Source: an uncultured Candidatus Rokubacteria bacterium
GTDB taxonomy: Bacteria; Methylomirabilota; Methylomirabilia; Rokubacteriales; DASRDR01
Length of the DNA: 64,000 nucleotides
Reading direction: 5' to 3'
NCBI GenBank assembly: GCA_963826115.1
Contig: CAWGVS010000012.1
Location: forward strand, 224,001 to 288,000
Both the position numbers and the translations under genes were made by a program. Shown here one piece after another: positions 1 through 9,806 of this stretch. Numbering within the stretch: position 1 is the stretch's first letter; each line of letters opens with the position of its first letter. Under the pieces are notes generated by a model. The model had not been told where the DNA came from and searched no databases. It saw only the letters and a list, made by a program, of their open reading frames with translations.

Positions 1-2
1 AA

Positions 3-473
3 CAGGGCATCACGGTGATCGAGGCCGCCGGCAACGGCAATTTCGACCTGGACACCTATGTGAACGCTGCCGGGGTGCGCATCTTTGACCGTGGTAGCCC
101 GGGCTTCCGCGACTCCGGGGCGGTCATGGTCGGGGCGGCCGAGCCGTGGGAACAGCACCCGCGCTGGGGCGGCTCCAACTTTGGCTCGCGCATCGACTGC
201 TACGGCTGGGGCAACGGCATCGACACCGCGTGGACGAACGACGCGAGAACGAAGTACACCCCCTCCTTCCCAGGCACGTCGGGCGCCTCCGCCATCGTCG
301 CGGGCGCTGCCGTGATCTTGCAGGGACGGGCACGCGCAGGATCGGGACGACCCCTCTGGCCGCTGGAGCTCCGGAACGCACTGCTGACCGGCGGTACCCC
401 TTCGGCCCAGCCCTCCGGCGACCGGATCGGACTCATGCCCAACCTCCGGGCCATCATCGAAGCGGGCCGCTGA
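3..473 (+). CDS. S8 family (subtilase) serine peptidase, C-terminal part; gene begins before the window
   Basis: Oxyanion motif AAGNG, VGA, SNFGSRID and catalytic-Ser motif FPGTSGASAIVAG; frame open from the window edge. Confidence 0.9.
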   Translation, partial: QGITVIEAAGNGNFDLDTYVNAAGVRIFDRGSPGFRDSGAVMVGAAEPWEQHPRWGGSNFGSRIDCYGWGNGIDTAWTNDARTKYTPSFPGTSGASAIVAGAAVILQGRARAGSGRPLWPLELRNALLTGGTPSAQPSGDRIGLMPNLRAIIEAGR

Positions 474-619
474 TCGGCTCACCGTACCCGAGGCACCACG
501 GGTCGTTTGCGGTTCGAGTGCCGAGTGCGCTAGACTGCCGCTCGTTTCGGCACCTCATCCGCTGTCACTCAACGGAGGCGCGTCGAATCGCCCAGGGGCC
601 TGAGACAGAAGGAGACGAC

Positions 620-1051
620 ATGAACCTTATGAAGGTGAAGTTCAAGTGGCGTACTGCACATCTGGACCTCGATCCGAACGATCCCGCCGCCAACGACGAG
701 ACCGACGCGCCGGCCGTGTTGTCCCCGCCGGGAATCGTCACTTTGGTGAACACCGTTCGACTCTTTTCGAATTCCGACACGGGATACTGGTACGTCAACG
801 ACGGCGCGACTTGGTGGCCGTGGCCGGGCGACACGACGTTCAAGGTTAGAGTGAAGCAGAATGGGTCGGTCGGCGCGGTCCTATGGAAGAGGGGGCCGAC
901 GGATTTCGTGCCCATAGGGTCCACCAACACGCAGCCCGCCGGCGTCGCCCGAAGAGATACCTGCACGATCGAAGACGGCAATGAACCTGGCTCACCCCCG
1001 GCGCCGTGCCGTTGGGTCGTCCAGGGAGGGAAAGCCTACAAGATCTGCTAG
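620..1051 (+). CDS. Hypothetical protein, 143 aa, with a possible degenerate internal repeat and a C-terminal Cys pair
   Basis: AAGGAG RBS before ATG 620; protein-like composition (MNLMKVKFKW...CRWVVQGGKAYKIC); followed by a hairpin. Confidence 0.75.
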   Translation: MNLMKVKFKWRTAHLDLDPNDPAANDETDAPAVLSPPGIVTLVNTVRLFSNSDTGYWYVNDGATWWPWPGDTTFKVRVKQNGSVGAVLWKRGPTDFVPIGSTNTQPAGVARRDTCTIEDGNEPGSPPAPCRWVVQGGKAYKIC

Positions 1052-1067
1052 GCGGTCCTCCGATAGT

Positions 1068-1085
1068 GCCCGCCTGACGGCGGGC
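1068..1085 (+). terminator. Putative terminator-like hairpin
   Basis: GCCCGCC-TGAC-GGCGGGC just after stop 1051; no U tract. Confidence 0.35.
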
Positions 1086-1211
1086 CCGTCGTGACCACTT
1101 CTCGGCGGGCGGCCTCACGTGCGGCCTGCGCCGCACGCGAGACCGCAAGCCCGCGGCGTGACATCATGGTCCTTGTTCGACTAGGCACCAGTCAGGTAAG
1201 GAGACGACCCA

Positions 1212-1628
1212 ATGCTGGGCGACAAGATCGGCGAGGAGCGGGGCAAGGTCACGGGCCGGCGGGCCCTCAAGAGCGAGGATCCGCGCTACCTGAAGCTCGA
1301 GATCTCGTTCGAGACGCAGGCGTCCCTCTATGGCGTTCCCTGCATGAGCGTCGGCACCTACGAGGTCTTCGAGCGCGTCCCCGGACAGCTCTACGGCGTC
1401 GGCCAGGGCATGGTGCGGACCCAGGACGGCAGCGAGGGCGCCATCTGGAACGGCCACGGCGTGGGCACACCGACGCCCGACGGCGGCGTCCGGTTCGCGG
1501 CGTCCGTGAGCTACCAGGCGGGGTCCGGCGGCAAGCTGGCCCGCCTGAACCACGTCCTCGTCCTCGTGGAGCACGTCGCGAGCGGCGACGGCAGCGCGCG
1601 GTCGACCTTCACGGAGTGGAAGGCCTAG
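1212..1628 (+). CDS. Conserved-looking hypothetical protein, 138 aa, beta-rich
   Basis: TAAGGAG RBS, strong GC3 bias, MLGDKIGEERGKVTGRR...FTEWKA. Confidence 0.8.
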   Translation: MLGDKIGEERGKVTGRRALKSEDPRYLKLEISFETQASLYGVPCMSVGTYEVFERVPGQLYGVGQGMVRTQDGSEGAIWNGHGVGTPTPDGGVRFAASVSYQAGSGGKLARLNHVLVLVEHVASGDGSARSTFTEWKA

Positions 1629-1652
1629 CGCCGCGACGAGCGCGAGGCGCGG

Positions 1653-1823
1653 CTAGAGGTCGACGAAGCGGCCGCCCACCCACGCGAGCGGCGCGCGGAC
1701 GCGCGTGCCGGTGTACACCGACACGGCGACGCCCCGACCGGCCAGGGCCGCCACCATGGCGAGCCGCCGGCGGGGATGGCTCACCTCCGGCATGCAGAAG
1801 ACCGCGGCGAGCGGGGCGGTCAC
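1653..1823 (-). pseudogene. Truncated N-terminus of a GT1/MGT-like glycosyltransferase (56 aa)
   Basis: GTG start overlaps the methyltransferase stop (GTGA); AVFCMPEVSH...LAGRGVAVSVYT...GGRFVDL* fits the GT-B N-terminal pattern but stops after 56 aa. Confidence 0.55.
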
Positions 1824-2689
1824 CGCGCGTCGGAGCCGGGCGGGCCGGGTCGATCGGACTCCATGCCGGGGGCGAGCCCCCGCGCGATGTCCGCCTCGGA
1901 CCGCCCGTTGATCCACGGATAGGTCGAGAGGAGCACCGGCGTCCCCTTGAGGGCCGCGACCGTGACGCGGTCCGCCGCCTTCCCGGGCTCGAAGGGCACG
2001 TGGCCCTCGAGCACCGAGGTGAACCCGACGTCGTGCAGCACCCGGAGTAGCGACGGGCGCGTCAGGCGAAAGCTCCAGGCGTTGTCGATCGACCGCAGCA
2101 CGCGCGCGCGCCGGACCTCGGCGGGATCGTGGTCCTCGTGCTCGCGGTGGCGGCGGCCGTGGTACGTGCGATCCCGCCAGGCGGCGGTCTCCTCCCCGTC
2201 CGGGCTGATCAGCGTGTCGACTACCACCAGGCGCTCGCAGATGTCTCCGACGTGCTCCAGCACCGAGAACAGGTCCGGAGCGTCCAGGTGATAGAGGAGC
2301 CCCAGGAGGTACACGACGTCGAACGTCCCGTGCGTGGCGCGGGTCACGCGGCGCACGTCCTCCTGGACGAACCGCACGGCGCGCACGTCGTGGCGCGCGG
2401 CGCAGCCGGCGCCGAGCGCCATGCGCTCGGTCCGGGCGTCGAGCGCCAGCACCTCGGCCCCGCGAAGGGCCGCCTCGATCGCGTACACGCCCTCGCCGCA
2501 GCCGAGGTCGAGGATCCGCAGCGTCTCGAAGGGCCGGCCCGCCAGATCGCGCGTGAGCTGCATGACCCGGCGGACCTTCACCGCGTTCGCCATCCCGGTC
2601 TGCGGCGCGCCCACGCCGGCTTCCAGCCCCTTCCGGGCGAAGAGGAGGAGCGCGTCGGCGTCCAGGGCCCGGGGGGTCTCGTCGGTCAT
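1820..2689 (-). CDS. Class I SAM-dependent methyltransferase
   Basis: ILDLGCGEG motif I and FDVVYLLGLLYHL; GAGGAG RBS before ATG 2689. Confidence 0.9.
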   Translation of the reverse strand: MTDETPRALDADALLLFARKGLEAGVGAPQTGMANAVKVRRVMQLTRDLAGRPFETLRILDLGCGEGVYAIEAALRGAEVLALDARTERMALGAGCAARHDVRAVRFVQEDVRRVTRATHGTFDVVYLLGLLYHLDAPDLFSVLEHVGDICERLVVVDTLISPDGEETAAWRDRTYHGRRHREHEDHDPAEVRRARVLRSIDNAWSFRLTRPSLLRVLHDVGFTSVLEGHVPFEPGKAADRVTVAALKGTPVLLSTYPWINGRSEADIARGLAPGMESDRPGPPGSDAR

Positions 2690-2726
2690 GTGGCTCCTCT
2701 GGCTCCGTGGGAGTCGAGCGGGCAAG

Positions 2727-3155
2727 TCATCCGGCGACCCCGCGCGCTGGAGTCACGTCCGCTGCCGGTGCCCAGGATGGCCACACATGCAGGAGCTTGC
2801 CCTTCTCCGGCACGCAGGGGGCTTCCGCTCGACGCGCGGCAGGCCGGCGGCGCGCCAGTAGGTGGCCATGACACGCTCCGCGCCCGATCCCGCGCCGATG
2901 GCGTCCAGGAGCGCGTTCCGTACAACCCCCTCGTCGAGCGGGCCGACGCGCGGGTGGACGCGCAGCTCCAAGCCCGGTCCGTCGTCGCCACGATCCGTCT
3001 CGAGGGGCTGGTCGTCCGCCGGCCCGACGCCGAAGCGGGCCGGGAGATGCGTCTCCAGCACGGCGTCGACGTCGAGGACCGTCATCCCGCCCGCCGTGAG
3101 CTTCTCGCGCGGGCAATCGCAGCGGTGACCAGTTGACCCAGATGAGCCACCCCAC
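2727..3155 (-). pseudogene. Degenerate remnant of a paralog of the 3281-4927 gene (C-terminal part)
   Basis: CDCP-REKLTAGG...LPARFGVGPADDQ...HPRVGPLD aligns by eye to the neighbour's CGCP...FEKLTAGG...LPARFGGGPADYQ...HPAVGPLD; internal deletion of about 15 aa; frameshift near 2815 (GKLLHV lies in another frame). Confidence 0.8.
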
Positions 3156-3280
3156 CAGGGATGGCGTCCGACGAGCGCGACCACACCGCCGCGGCGCGTC
3201 ACCGGCAGCTCCCGGCGCGGAGCTCGGCGGCGGGCCGGATGTCGTCGCCGAAGAGGCCCACGCCCAGCGTGCTCGAGGTC

Positions 3281-4927
3281 TCAGCCCGGACGGGGTTGAG
3301 GCGTCTCGTCACGTCCGGCCATCCGCGCCCCAGGAGAGCCGACGTGAAGGTGGAGAACCTTGCCCGACGCCATGGCCAGGGGCGGTCGGCGCTCGATTCG
3401 AAGAAACTGCCCGGCCTGCCACAGAAGCCCCGCGAGACGCTCGATTCCCGATCCGGAGCCGGCGGCTTGGAGGAACGCATTCGCCACTTCGTCGAGATCG
3501 AGCGGGCCCACCGCAGGGTGAATCAGGAGCCGTAGACACGGCCGCCCGCTCTCGGCCTCGTCCTCGACCAGCTGGTAGTCGGCCGGGCCCCCGCCGAAGC
3601 GCGCCGGCAAGACCTCCTCGAGCACGCGGACCAGGTCCGCATCCAGAAACGCGATGCCCCCAGCCGTCAGCTTCTCGAAGCTGCGGACGGTCTCGAGATG
3701 GGTCGTCCAGCCATGGGCTTCGAGGGGGCAGCCGCACCTGCGCTGGATCACCCTCGCCTGATCGCCCAGCGACACGTTCAGGAGCACGAAGGGGGCCCTC
3801 GGAAGCAGCGAGGAGACCAGAAGGGTGAGGGGCGGCAGTCCGGCGGCGCCCTCGCCGGATCCGGGCTGGATCAGAGCCTGGGTATCGTGGAGCACGTGGA
3901 CGTCGTCCGGCGCACCCGGGGTGACGCACCCGGCGCCGAGCGGGCCGCCCAGCTCCATGGCCCCGTAGCTCGCGGCGACCGTGGCGCCGGCCATCCGGAT
4001 CGCGTCGAGACGCGTCTCGGTGATCGGCTCGCCCGAGAGCGTGAAACACGCGCCCCGAATGTCGACGCCCTTCTCGAGCGCCGCCTGCGCCAGACGCGCC
4101 GCCGGGCTAGGGGCCATGAAGACGTGCGGGGTGCCCCCACCCCGAAGCACCTCGTGCATCCAGCCGGCGACCTGGAGCGCCTCATCGACGGGGACGTGCT
4201 GGATCCGCGGCAGCGGCACCCCACCCATCAGCCCGCCCCACCGCATGACGCGAGCGCTCCAGCGATACCGAGCGTGGAGCTCGGGTGAGTCGGGATCGAC
4301 TGGCGAGAACCAGCGATCCGGCACCGCCCCGGCGGCCGCGAACCGGAGCAGCACACGCATGGGCGTGCCCCCCGGCACGGCCCAGACGGCGTGACGGCAC
4401 TTCGTCCAGCCCCGCGCGCTGAAGATCAGCCGCTGGTTCACGGCATGTTCGCGGACGGACGCGAGATCGAGCAGCGCCACGGTGGGCAATCCTCGGCTTC
4501 CACCGCTCTGGAGCGGCACGTGCGCGACCGCGAAAGGATTCCGCAGGCGACTCGGATCCACCACGACGGTGGCACTCCCGCGCACCGCGGGTCGCCGGCC
4601 CTTGAACTCGTCCACGGTGAGATAGACGCCCTGCCGGAGCAGAGCACCGAGGGCTCCCTCCACGCCATCGCCGTTGACGAGCTTCTCCAGATCCCCGTAC
4701 TCGCAGCCCGCGAGGTCCAGGAGCTGGCGATAGGGGCTTGCGGCATCGGCGTAGATGATCCGACGGGCCAGGGTGAGGAAGCTGGTCTCCCGGTGCTCGA
4801 GACGTCGGCGAAGGACAGCGCGAGCCTCCTCCAGGCTGACCGGGTGCCGCAGGAAGGCCGGGAGGCGAGCCAAGAACCTCGCGCCGACGAGAGCGTCCTT
4901 CAGTGAGCTCGGGCCGAGCGACTTCAC
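3281..4927 (-). CDS. Phenylacetate-CoA-ligase (PaaK/CapK)-like adenylate-forming protein, divergent
   Basis: SGGSRG P-loop-like motif, SGEP, YGAME, LLNVSLGD, RRCGC, SGK near the C-terminus; GGAGG before GTG 4927. Confidence 0.7.
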   Translation of the reverse strand: MKSLGPSSLKDALVGARFLARLPAFLRHPVSLEEARAVLRRRLEHRETSFLTLARRIIYADAASPYRQLLDLAGCEYGDLEKLVNGDGVEGALGALLRQGVYLTVDEFKGRRPAVRGSATVVVDPSRLRNPFAVAHVPLQSGGSRGLPTVALLDLASVREHAVNQRLIFSARGWTKCRHAVWAVPGGTPMRVLLRFAAAGAVPDRWFSPVDPDSPELHARYRWSARVMRWGGLMGGVPLPRIQHVPVDEALQVAGWMHEVLRGGGTPHVFMAPSPAARLAQAALEKGVDIRGACFTLSGEPITETRLDAIRMAGATVAASYGAMELGGPLGAGCVTPGAPDDVHVLHDTQALIQPGSGEGAAGLPPLTLLVSSLLPRAPFVLLNVSLGDQARVIQRRCGCPLEAHGWTTHLETVRSFEKLTAGGIAFLDADLVRVLEEVLPARFGGGPADYQLVEDEAESGRPCLRLLIHPAVGPLDLDEVANAFLQAAGSGSGIERLAGLLWQAGQFLRIERRPPLAMASGKVLHLHVGSPGARMAGRDETPQPRPG

Positions 4928-5280
4928 CGGTTCAGCCTCCCCGGCACCATAGGACACCGGCCGATGGGTCACAAGTGGGTTCGCTGTCGCAGGGGGTCGT
5001 CCGAGACGGGTTGCAAGCATCGCGAGCGTCGCCAGGGATCGCGGGTCGGTTTCGCCGAAATCGCGCAGGTAGCGAGCCACCGCGACGACCGCGGCCGCCC
5101 TCGGCGATGGTTGACATGGAAAGGGCGCGCGTGGGAGCCTCGGCCCGGCGAGTCCATCCTGGTTTCGCTACCCGCGAGCGAAGCCGCGGCCGAGGCACCG
5201 ATCCGGGATGGCCATGGACGCGATCGGGGCCCGGAGATTCCGGGGAACACCCGTCACCGACTGTCACCGCGGAGGATTCG

Positions 5281-6960
5281 ATGCGATTCGCAGCGCAACG
5301 CTCGCGCCAGGAGGTGGCGCCCCGCTCGCTCGACGTGTGTGTCGTCGGGGCCGGACTCTCCGGGCTCGTGACGATCAAAGAGCTGCTCGACGAAGGGCAT
5401 CGTGTGACGTGCTTCGAGCACGAAGCGCAGGCAGGCGGCAACTTCAACTATCCGACCGGCGCGGCGTACGACACGATGTACCTGACGACGTCCCAGTATT
5501 TCACCGCCTTCTCCTCCTTCCCGCCTCCACTCGACCAGACGCCGCGTCACTGGTCGCGACGGGAGTACGCCCAGTACCTGCACGACTTCTCGATGGAGTT
5601 CCAGCTGCTGCGCCACATCCGATTCGGCATCGAGGTCGTCACCGTGCGACGCGTTCAGGACGGCTCCAGCGAGAAGTTCCTCGTCGAGCACCGGGACTCG
5701 AAGACGGGGCTGTCGACGCGGACCGCGTTCGACGCGATCGCCATCTGCACGGGACCACACTCGGTCAAGACGCCGCGGGTCCCGAGCCTTCCGGGCGCGG
5801 CCAGATTTCGCGGCCGGATCGAGTACGCGACGTCGTACAAGTCCCCGGAACCGTACCGCGGAAAGCACGTCGTGTGCATCGGCCTCGGCGAGACGGCCGC
5901 CGACGTCACCGGCCAGATCGCGGACGTGGCCGCCTCGTGCTGGGCGACCTTTCGTCACTACCCTGCGGTGCTGACGCGCTACATCGAGAAAAAAGCTGGG
6001 CGCTTTCCCAATGACGCCATCTTGGCGCGCCTCGTGCACGCCGTGCCGCGTGCCGTGATCAACCGCATGCAGCTGCGCCGTGCCCGACGCACCCTCGCGG
6101 CTCCTCCCGGGAGGGCCAGCGCGCGGGATCGCCTCATCGCCGAGTGGCGGATCAAGGGCGGAACCCCGGGGCATCAACCGCTGCAGAAGAACGACGAGTT
6201 CATCGACCGAATCGTCGCGGGGACGTTACAGGTGAAGCCGTGCGGGATCGAGCGTCTGGAGGAGGACGCGGTCGTGTTCAGCGACGGCAGCCGAGTGAAG
6301 GCCGACGTCGTGATGTGCTGCACTGGCTTCGACGAAAACAATCCCCCGGTTCTGGTCGAGGGCACCAAACCCTTCACCGTCAGACAGCTCTACAAGCACG
6401 CCTTTCACCCGGACTTCGGCGGACGGCTGGCGTACGTCGGGTGGGCCCGGCCGGTACAGGGCGGCGTCCCGGCGTGCGCCGAGCTCCAGGCGCGATACTT
6501 CGCGCTGCTGTGCAGCGGCCGGAGATCGCTTCCCGAGCCTGCCGACTTGGGCCGTCTGATCGAGAATGACCGGGAGCGCGAGGAGCGCTCCTTCTACGCC
6601 CGCAAGGATCTGGGGACGCTCTGCAGCTACACGACCTACCTGGACTCCGTGGCCGAGCTGATCGGATGTCGGCCCCGGCTGCGAGATCACCTCTTCGAGC
6701 CGAAACTTGCCTATCGCTTGCTCGGTGGGTCGAACATCGCTGCCGCGTATCGGCTACGCGGGCCTCACGCGCAGCCGGAGCTGGCGAAGAGGCTGATCCT
6801 CCGTCTGCCCGTCCTCTTGAGCCCCGTCCAGATGGTAGGCTTCGGCGTTCTGAGCGTGCTCACGCGGGCCGGGGTGCTCAAAGAGCCGAAGCACCCGAGC
6901 GGTCCCGATGATCGCGCGGCTCGGATGCCGGCCATGGCCACTCGGAACGCCGCCGGATAG
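5281..6960 (+). CDS. Flavin-containing monooxygenase (FMO, class B), eukaryote-like length and tail
   Basis: GAGLSG FAD motif, FRGRIEYATSY FMO fingerprint variant, GLGETA NADP motif, CTGF, ELQARY, YRLRGP; GGAGG RBS. Confidence 0.9.
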   Translation: MRFAAQRSRQEVAPRSLDVCVVGAGLSGLVTIKELLDEGHRVTCFEHEAQAGGNFNYPTGAAYDTMYLTTSQYFTAFSSFPPPLDQTPRHWSRREYAQYLHDFSMEFQLLRHIRFGIEVVTVRRVQDGSSEKFLVEHRDSKTGLSTRTAFDAIAICTGPHSVKTPRVPSLPGAARFRGRIEYATSYKSPEPYRGKHVVCIGLGETAADVTGQIADVAASCWATFRHYPAVLTRYIEKKAGRFPNDAILARLVHAVPRAVINRMQLRRARRTLAAPPGRASARDRLIAEWRIKGGTPGHQPLQKNDEFIDRIVAGTLQVKPCGIERLEEDAVVFSDGSRVKADVVMCCTGFDENNPPVLVEGTKPFTVRQLYKHAFHPDFGGRLAYVGWARPVQGGVPACAELQARYFALLCSGRRSLPEPADLGRLIENDREREERSFYARKDLGTLCSYTTYLDSVAELIGCRPRLRDHLFEPKLAYRLLGGSNIAAAYRLRGPHAQPELAKRLILRLPVLLSPVQMVGFGVLSVLTRAGVLKEPKHPSGPDDRAARMPAMATRNAAG

Positions 6961-7046
6961 GATCGGATCTACCGACCCCGGGCCTGTGAGTGTTGATTCG
7001 GCCGGGCGAGGCCGCCCTCGATTCCCGAATCCGCGGGGGGCCTTCC

Positions 7047-9560
7047 CTAGTCCAGCGCCGTCAGCAGGCGACGCTGCGCCTCGAGGCGCTTCGGCCGCTC
7101 CTTCGCGAATCGCGTGACCCCGGCGAGGATCGACTCGGCGTCGAGGTGCGCCTCGGCGATCACGTCGGCCTCGAGCCCGCCGGTCAGCCACTGGTTGTCC
7201 CAGTCGGCCGTCAGCGAGTAGTCGTCGGTGAGCGCGCCGACGTTCCGGAGCGGCCACATGCGGCGCGTGCCGGACATGACGAACATGAGGTCCTGCTTCG
7301 CCTCGGGCGGCAGGACGGCCCGCTGGTACGCGGCCGGCTGCCGGTCGAACAGGTCCTCGCTGATCGCGGCGATGACCTTCACGTTGACGCCGGCCTGCTC
7401 GAGGCGCGGCAGCACGCTGACCAGGTTGAACGTGGCGCTCGAGCCCTGCGCGACCACGTAGCCGTGTCGCGGCCCGGGCGCGAAGTCGCGAACGACGTAC
7501 AGGCCCTTCGCGGCCGCGCGGAGGTCCGTATCGGCGAACTTGGTGCGGTCCGCGACCTTGAAGTCGGGCCGCGCCACCTCGATGACGATGACGCCGACCT
7601 TCTTCTCCCGCGCCGCGATCTCGGCCGCCGCGAAGTACCCGGGCGCGACGTCGTTGTAGTCCCAGAAGCTCAGGTGGATCGTCTGACCGCGCGGGAACAG
7701 CTTCCACACCTGCGGCGCGAAGATTCCGAAGTGGGTGCGCGCGTCCGCCGCGGTCTCCGGGCCGGAGTGCCCGGCGAGTATGTGGAGCACCCCGGTGCGG
7801 AACTTGCTGTCCTGGTTCTGCTGGCTCCACACGCGCGCGGGCAGGTACATGAGCGGCGTGAACGCGCCGTAGGTGCCGCTGAACGCCCACACGCCCGCGA
7901 ACTTGTCGGGGTCGACCGACGCGCTCTGGCTCACCAGACCGATGGCCGTCGAGGCGTTGCCCGCCTCCTGGATCGCCGCCTTGAGGCGCGTGCCGAGCGG
8001 GTTCGTGTCGGGGTCGTAGTGGCCCCAGATGCTCCCGTGCTCCAGGTTGACCGACTCCGACAGGTCCGCGGCCAGCGTGAGCGCGCGGTTCTCGGTCACG
8101 TAGTTCAGCCACTTCACGATCTCCGAGATGCCGCGGCGGGCCCCCGCGACCTCGCCGTACTTCCGGAACAGCGCGACCTTGAGCTGCTTCTCCGCCCCCG
8201 ACACCGGGTTCTTCACCGTCAGGGTCTGCGGCTCCTCGGGCAGGTTCGCGACGCGCAGCCGCTCGTCGAGGAACGGGTCGCGCCGCACGTCGATCCGCAC
8301 CTTGATGTCGTCGGTCAGCGTGTCGCCGATCTCGACCAGCCGGTCCGCGAGCCACTCGCCCAGTCCGTTCCGCTCGAGCACGGACATCGCCACGTCGATG
8401 TTCGTCTTGAACTGGACCAGCCGCTCGCGCGGGTCGGCGACCGCCCCGTCGCGGATCCCGACGAACTTCACCCCGTAGTGCTGCTCGAAGGTCTCGGCGA
8501 GCGCCACGAAGTAGTCCGAGTTCATCTTGAAGGCGTAGGGGTGGCTCGGGAACCCGACGATCTGGTCCGCGTGCGGGAGCTTCCCGTTCACCGCGCCGGG
8601 CCAGTACCCCTTGATCGTCTTGCCGAAGACGATCATCGGCCGGCGGTCCCGCGGGTCCCACTCCTCCATCTGCCGCAGCACCCGGACGATCTGGTCGTAG
8701 TCGTGCCCGTCCGGGATGGAGAAGACGTTCCAGCCGTAGGACGTCCACTGGTCCATCAGGCGGTAGCCGTCGAACTTCCGGTTGACCACGCCGCCGATCA
8801 GCGCGTCGTCGATGCCGGCGTTGTTGTCGGAGAAGAAGATCCGGAGGCGCTTGCCGACCTGGAGGGCGATGGCCTGCGTCTTCAGCTCCTGGGCGTGGCC
8901 CGCGCACATCGCGAACTCGCCCTCGAAGGCGATCACCTTGGGCGACCCCGGCGGCGCGCCGATGAAGTCCCAGAACGCCGCCTTCCCCGCGGCGGTGGCG
9001 ATCCCGACGCCCGAGGGGCCGCCGTTGACGTCGTTGGTCACGTCCGTCGACTCGATGTGCCCGGAGAGCGAGCGGATGCCGCGCCCCCTGGCCTGGGCGA
9101 AGAGCGCGTGGTCGGCGAGCCCCTGGTCCTGGAGCAGGGTCCGGAGCGCGCCGGCGCCGCGCCGGAAGCCGAGGGCGTCGACCGAAAGCATCGTCGCGTC
9201 GGGCGCCACGTGATAGCGGCGATCGCCCGTCGCCTCGTGCCGCCGGTACAGCGCCTCGCCCATGATCATCCAGAGGGCGTAGCAGGTCGGCGCGCAGTGA
9301 CCCGCCGCCAGCATGAACTTGTCGGCGTACGGGTGCTTCTGCCGGCGGTAGTCGAAGCGGAGGCCGCCCGAGGCCGGGCCTGCCAGGTGGGTGGCGACGT
9401 TGAAGGGCGTGTACGCCGTCGGCCCGCCGAAATGCCCGGTCTGCGCGTAGTTACCGAGCAGCGTCAGCGTCATGCAGGTCATGTAGCCGATGTCCTCGAG
9501 GCGCTCCCGCTCCGAGGGTGCCTTCGATGCCCCGACCGACGCTGGCGAGACTCGACTCAT
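7047..9560 (-). CDS. Transketolase-like ThDP enzyme (837 aa)
   Basis: GHFGG, DKFMLAAGH, GH..S, GGPSGVG, YGWNV..DGHD, TIKG, ADL, IQEA, HSGPETAADARTH; AGGAAGGG upstream. Confidence 0.85.
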   Translation of the reverse strand: MSRVSPASVGASKAPSERERLEDIGYMTCMTLTLLGNYAQTGHFGGPTAYTPFNVATHLAGPASGGLRFDYRRQKHPYADKFMLAAGHCAPTCYALWMIMGEALYRRHEATGDRRYHVAPDATMLSVDALGFRRGAGALRTLLQDQGLADHALFAQARGRGIRSLSGHIESTDVTNDVNGGPSGVGIATAAGKAAFWDFIGAPPGSPKVIAFEGEFAMCAGHAQELKTQAIALQVGKRLRIFFSDNNAGIDDALIGGVVNRKFDGYRLMDQWTSYGWNVFSIPDGHDYDQIVRVLRQMEEWDPRDRRPMIVFGKTIKGYWPGAVNGKLPHADQIVGFPSHPYAFKMNSDYFVALAETFEQHYGVKFVGIRDGAVADPRERLVQFKTNIDVAMSVLERNGLGEWLADRLVEIGDTLTDDIKVRIDVRRDPFLDERLRVANLPEEPQTLTVKNPVSGAEKQLKVALFRKYGEVAGARRGISEIVKWLNYVTENRALTLAADLSESVNLEHGSIWGHYDPDTNPLGTRLKAAIQEAGNASTAIGLVSQSASVDPDKFAGVWAFSGTYGAFTPLMYLPARVWSQQNQDSKFRTGVLHILAGHSGPETAADARTHFGIFAPQVWKLFPRGQTIHLSFWDYNDVAPGYFAAAEIAAREKKVGVIVIEVARPDFKVADRTKFADTDLRAAAKGLYVVRDFAPGPRHGYVVAQGSSATFNLVSVLPRLEQAGVNVKVIAAISEDLFDRQPAAYQRAVLPPEAKQDLMFVMSGTRRMWPLRNVGALTDDYSLTADWDNQWLTGGLEADVIAEAHLDAESILAGVTRFAKERPKRLEAQRRLLTALD

Positions 9561-9806
9561 GTCCGTGTCCTACCCTTCCTGTGTGAACGACGTTCAGCCC
9601 GAGGATCCATGGGGCGCCCGCGGCACTCCCCGGGCGCGCGCGGCGATGTCCGAGACTGTTCGAGGATTTTACCCGAAGTCGGGCAGGCCTGCCGACCCGG
9701 CCCGGGGGCCGATCCGGCCACGCGGGGCCCGGTCCCCGCCGCCGCCCGCCACCGGGCCCGGGCCCTCTGCTACACTGGCGGGACCCCACCCAAGGAGGGC
9801 TCGAGC

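Noticed and set aside
6754-9806. Long ORFs 6754-8907(-) and the 5' extension of 6990-10769(+)
   Set aside because: Shadow or antisense frames of the transketolase; Arg/Gly/Pro-rich, and expected because stops are rare at high GC. The real aminotransferase start is 9807.
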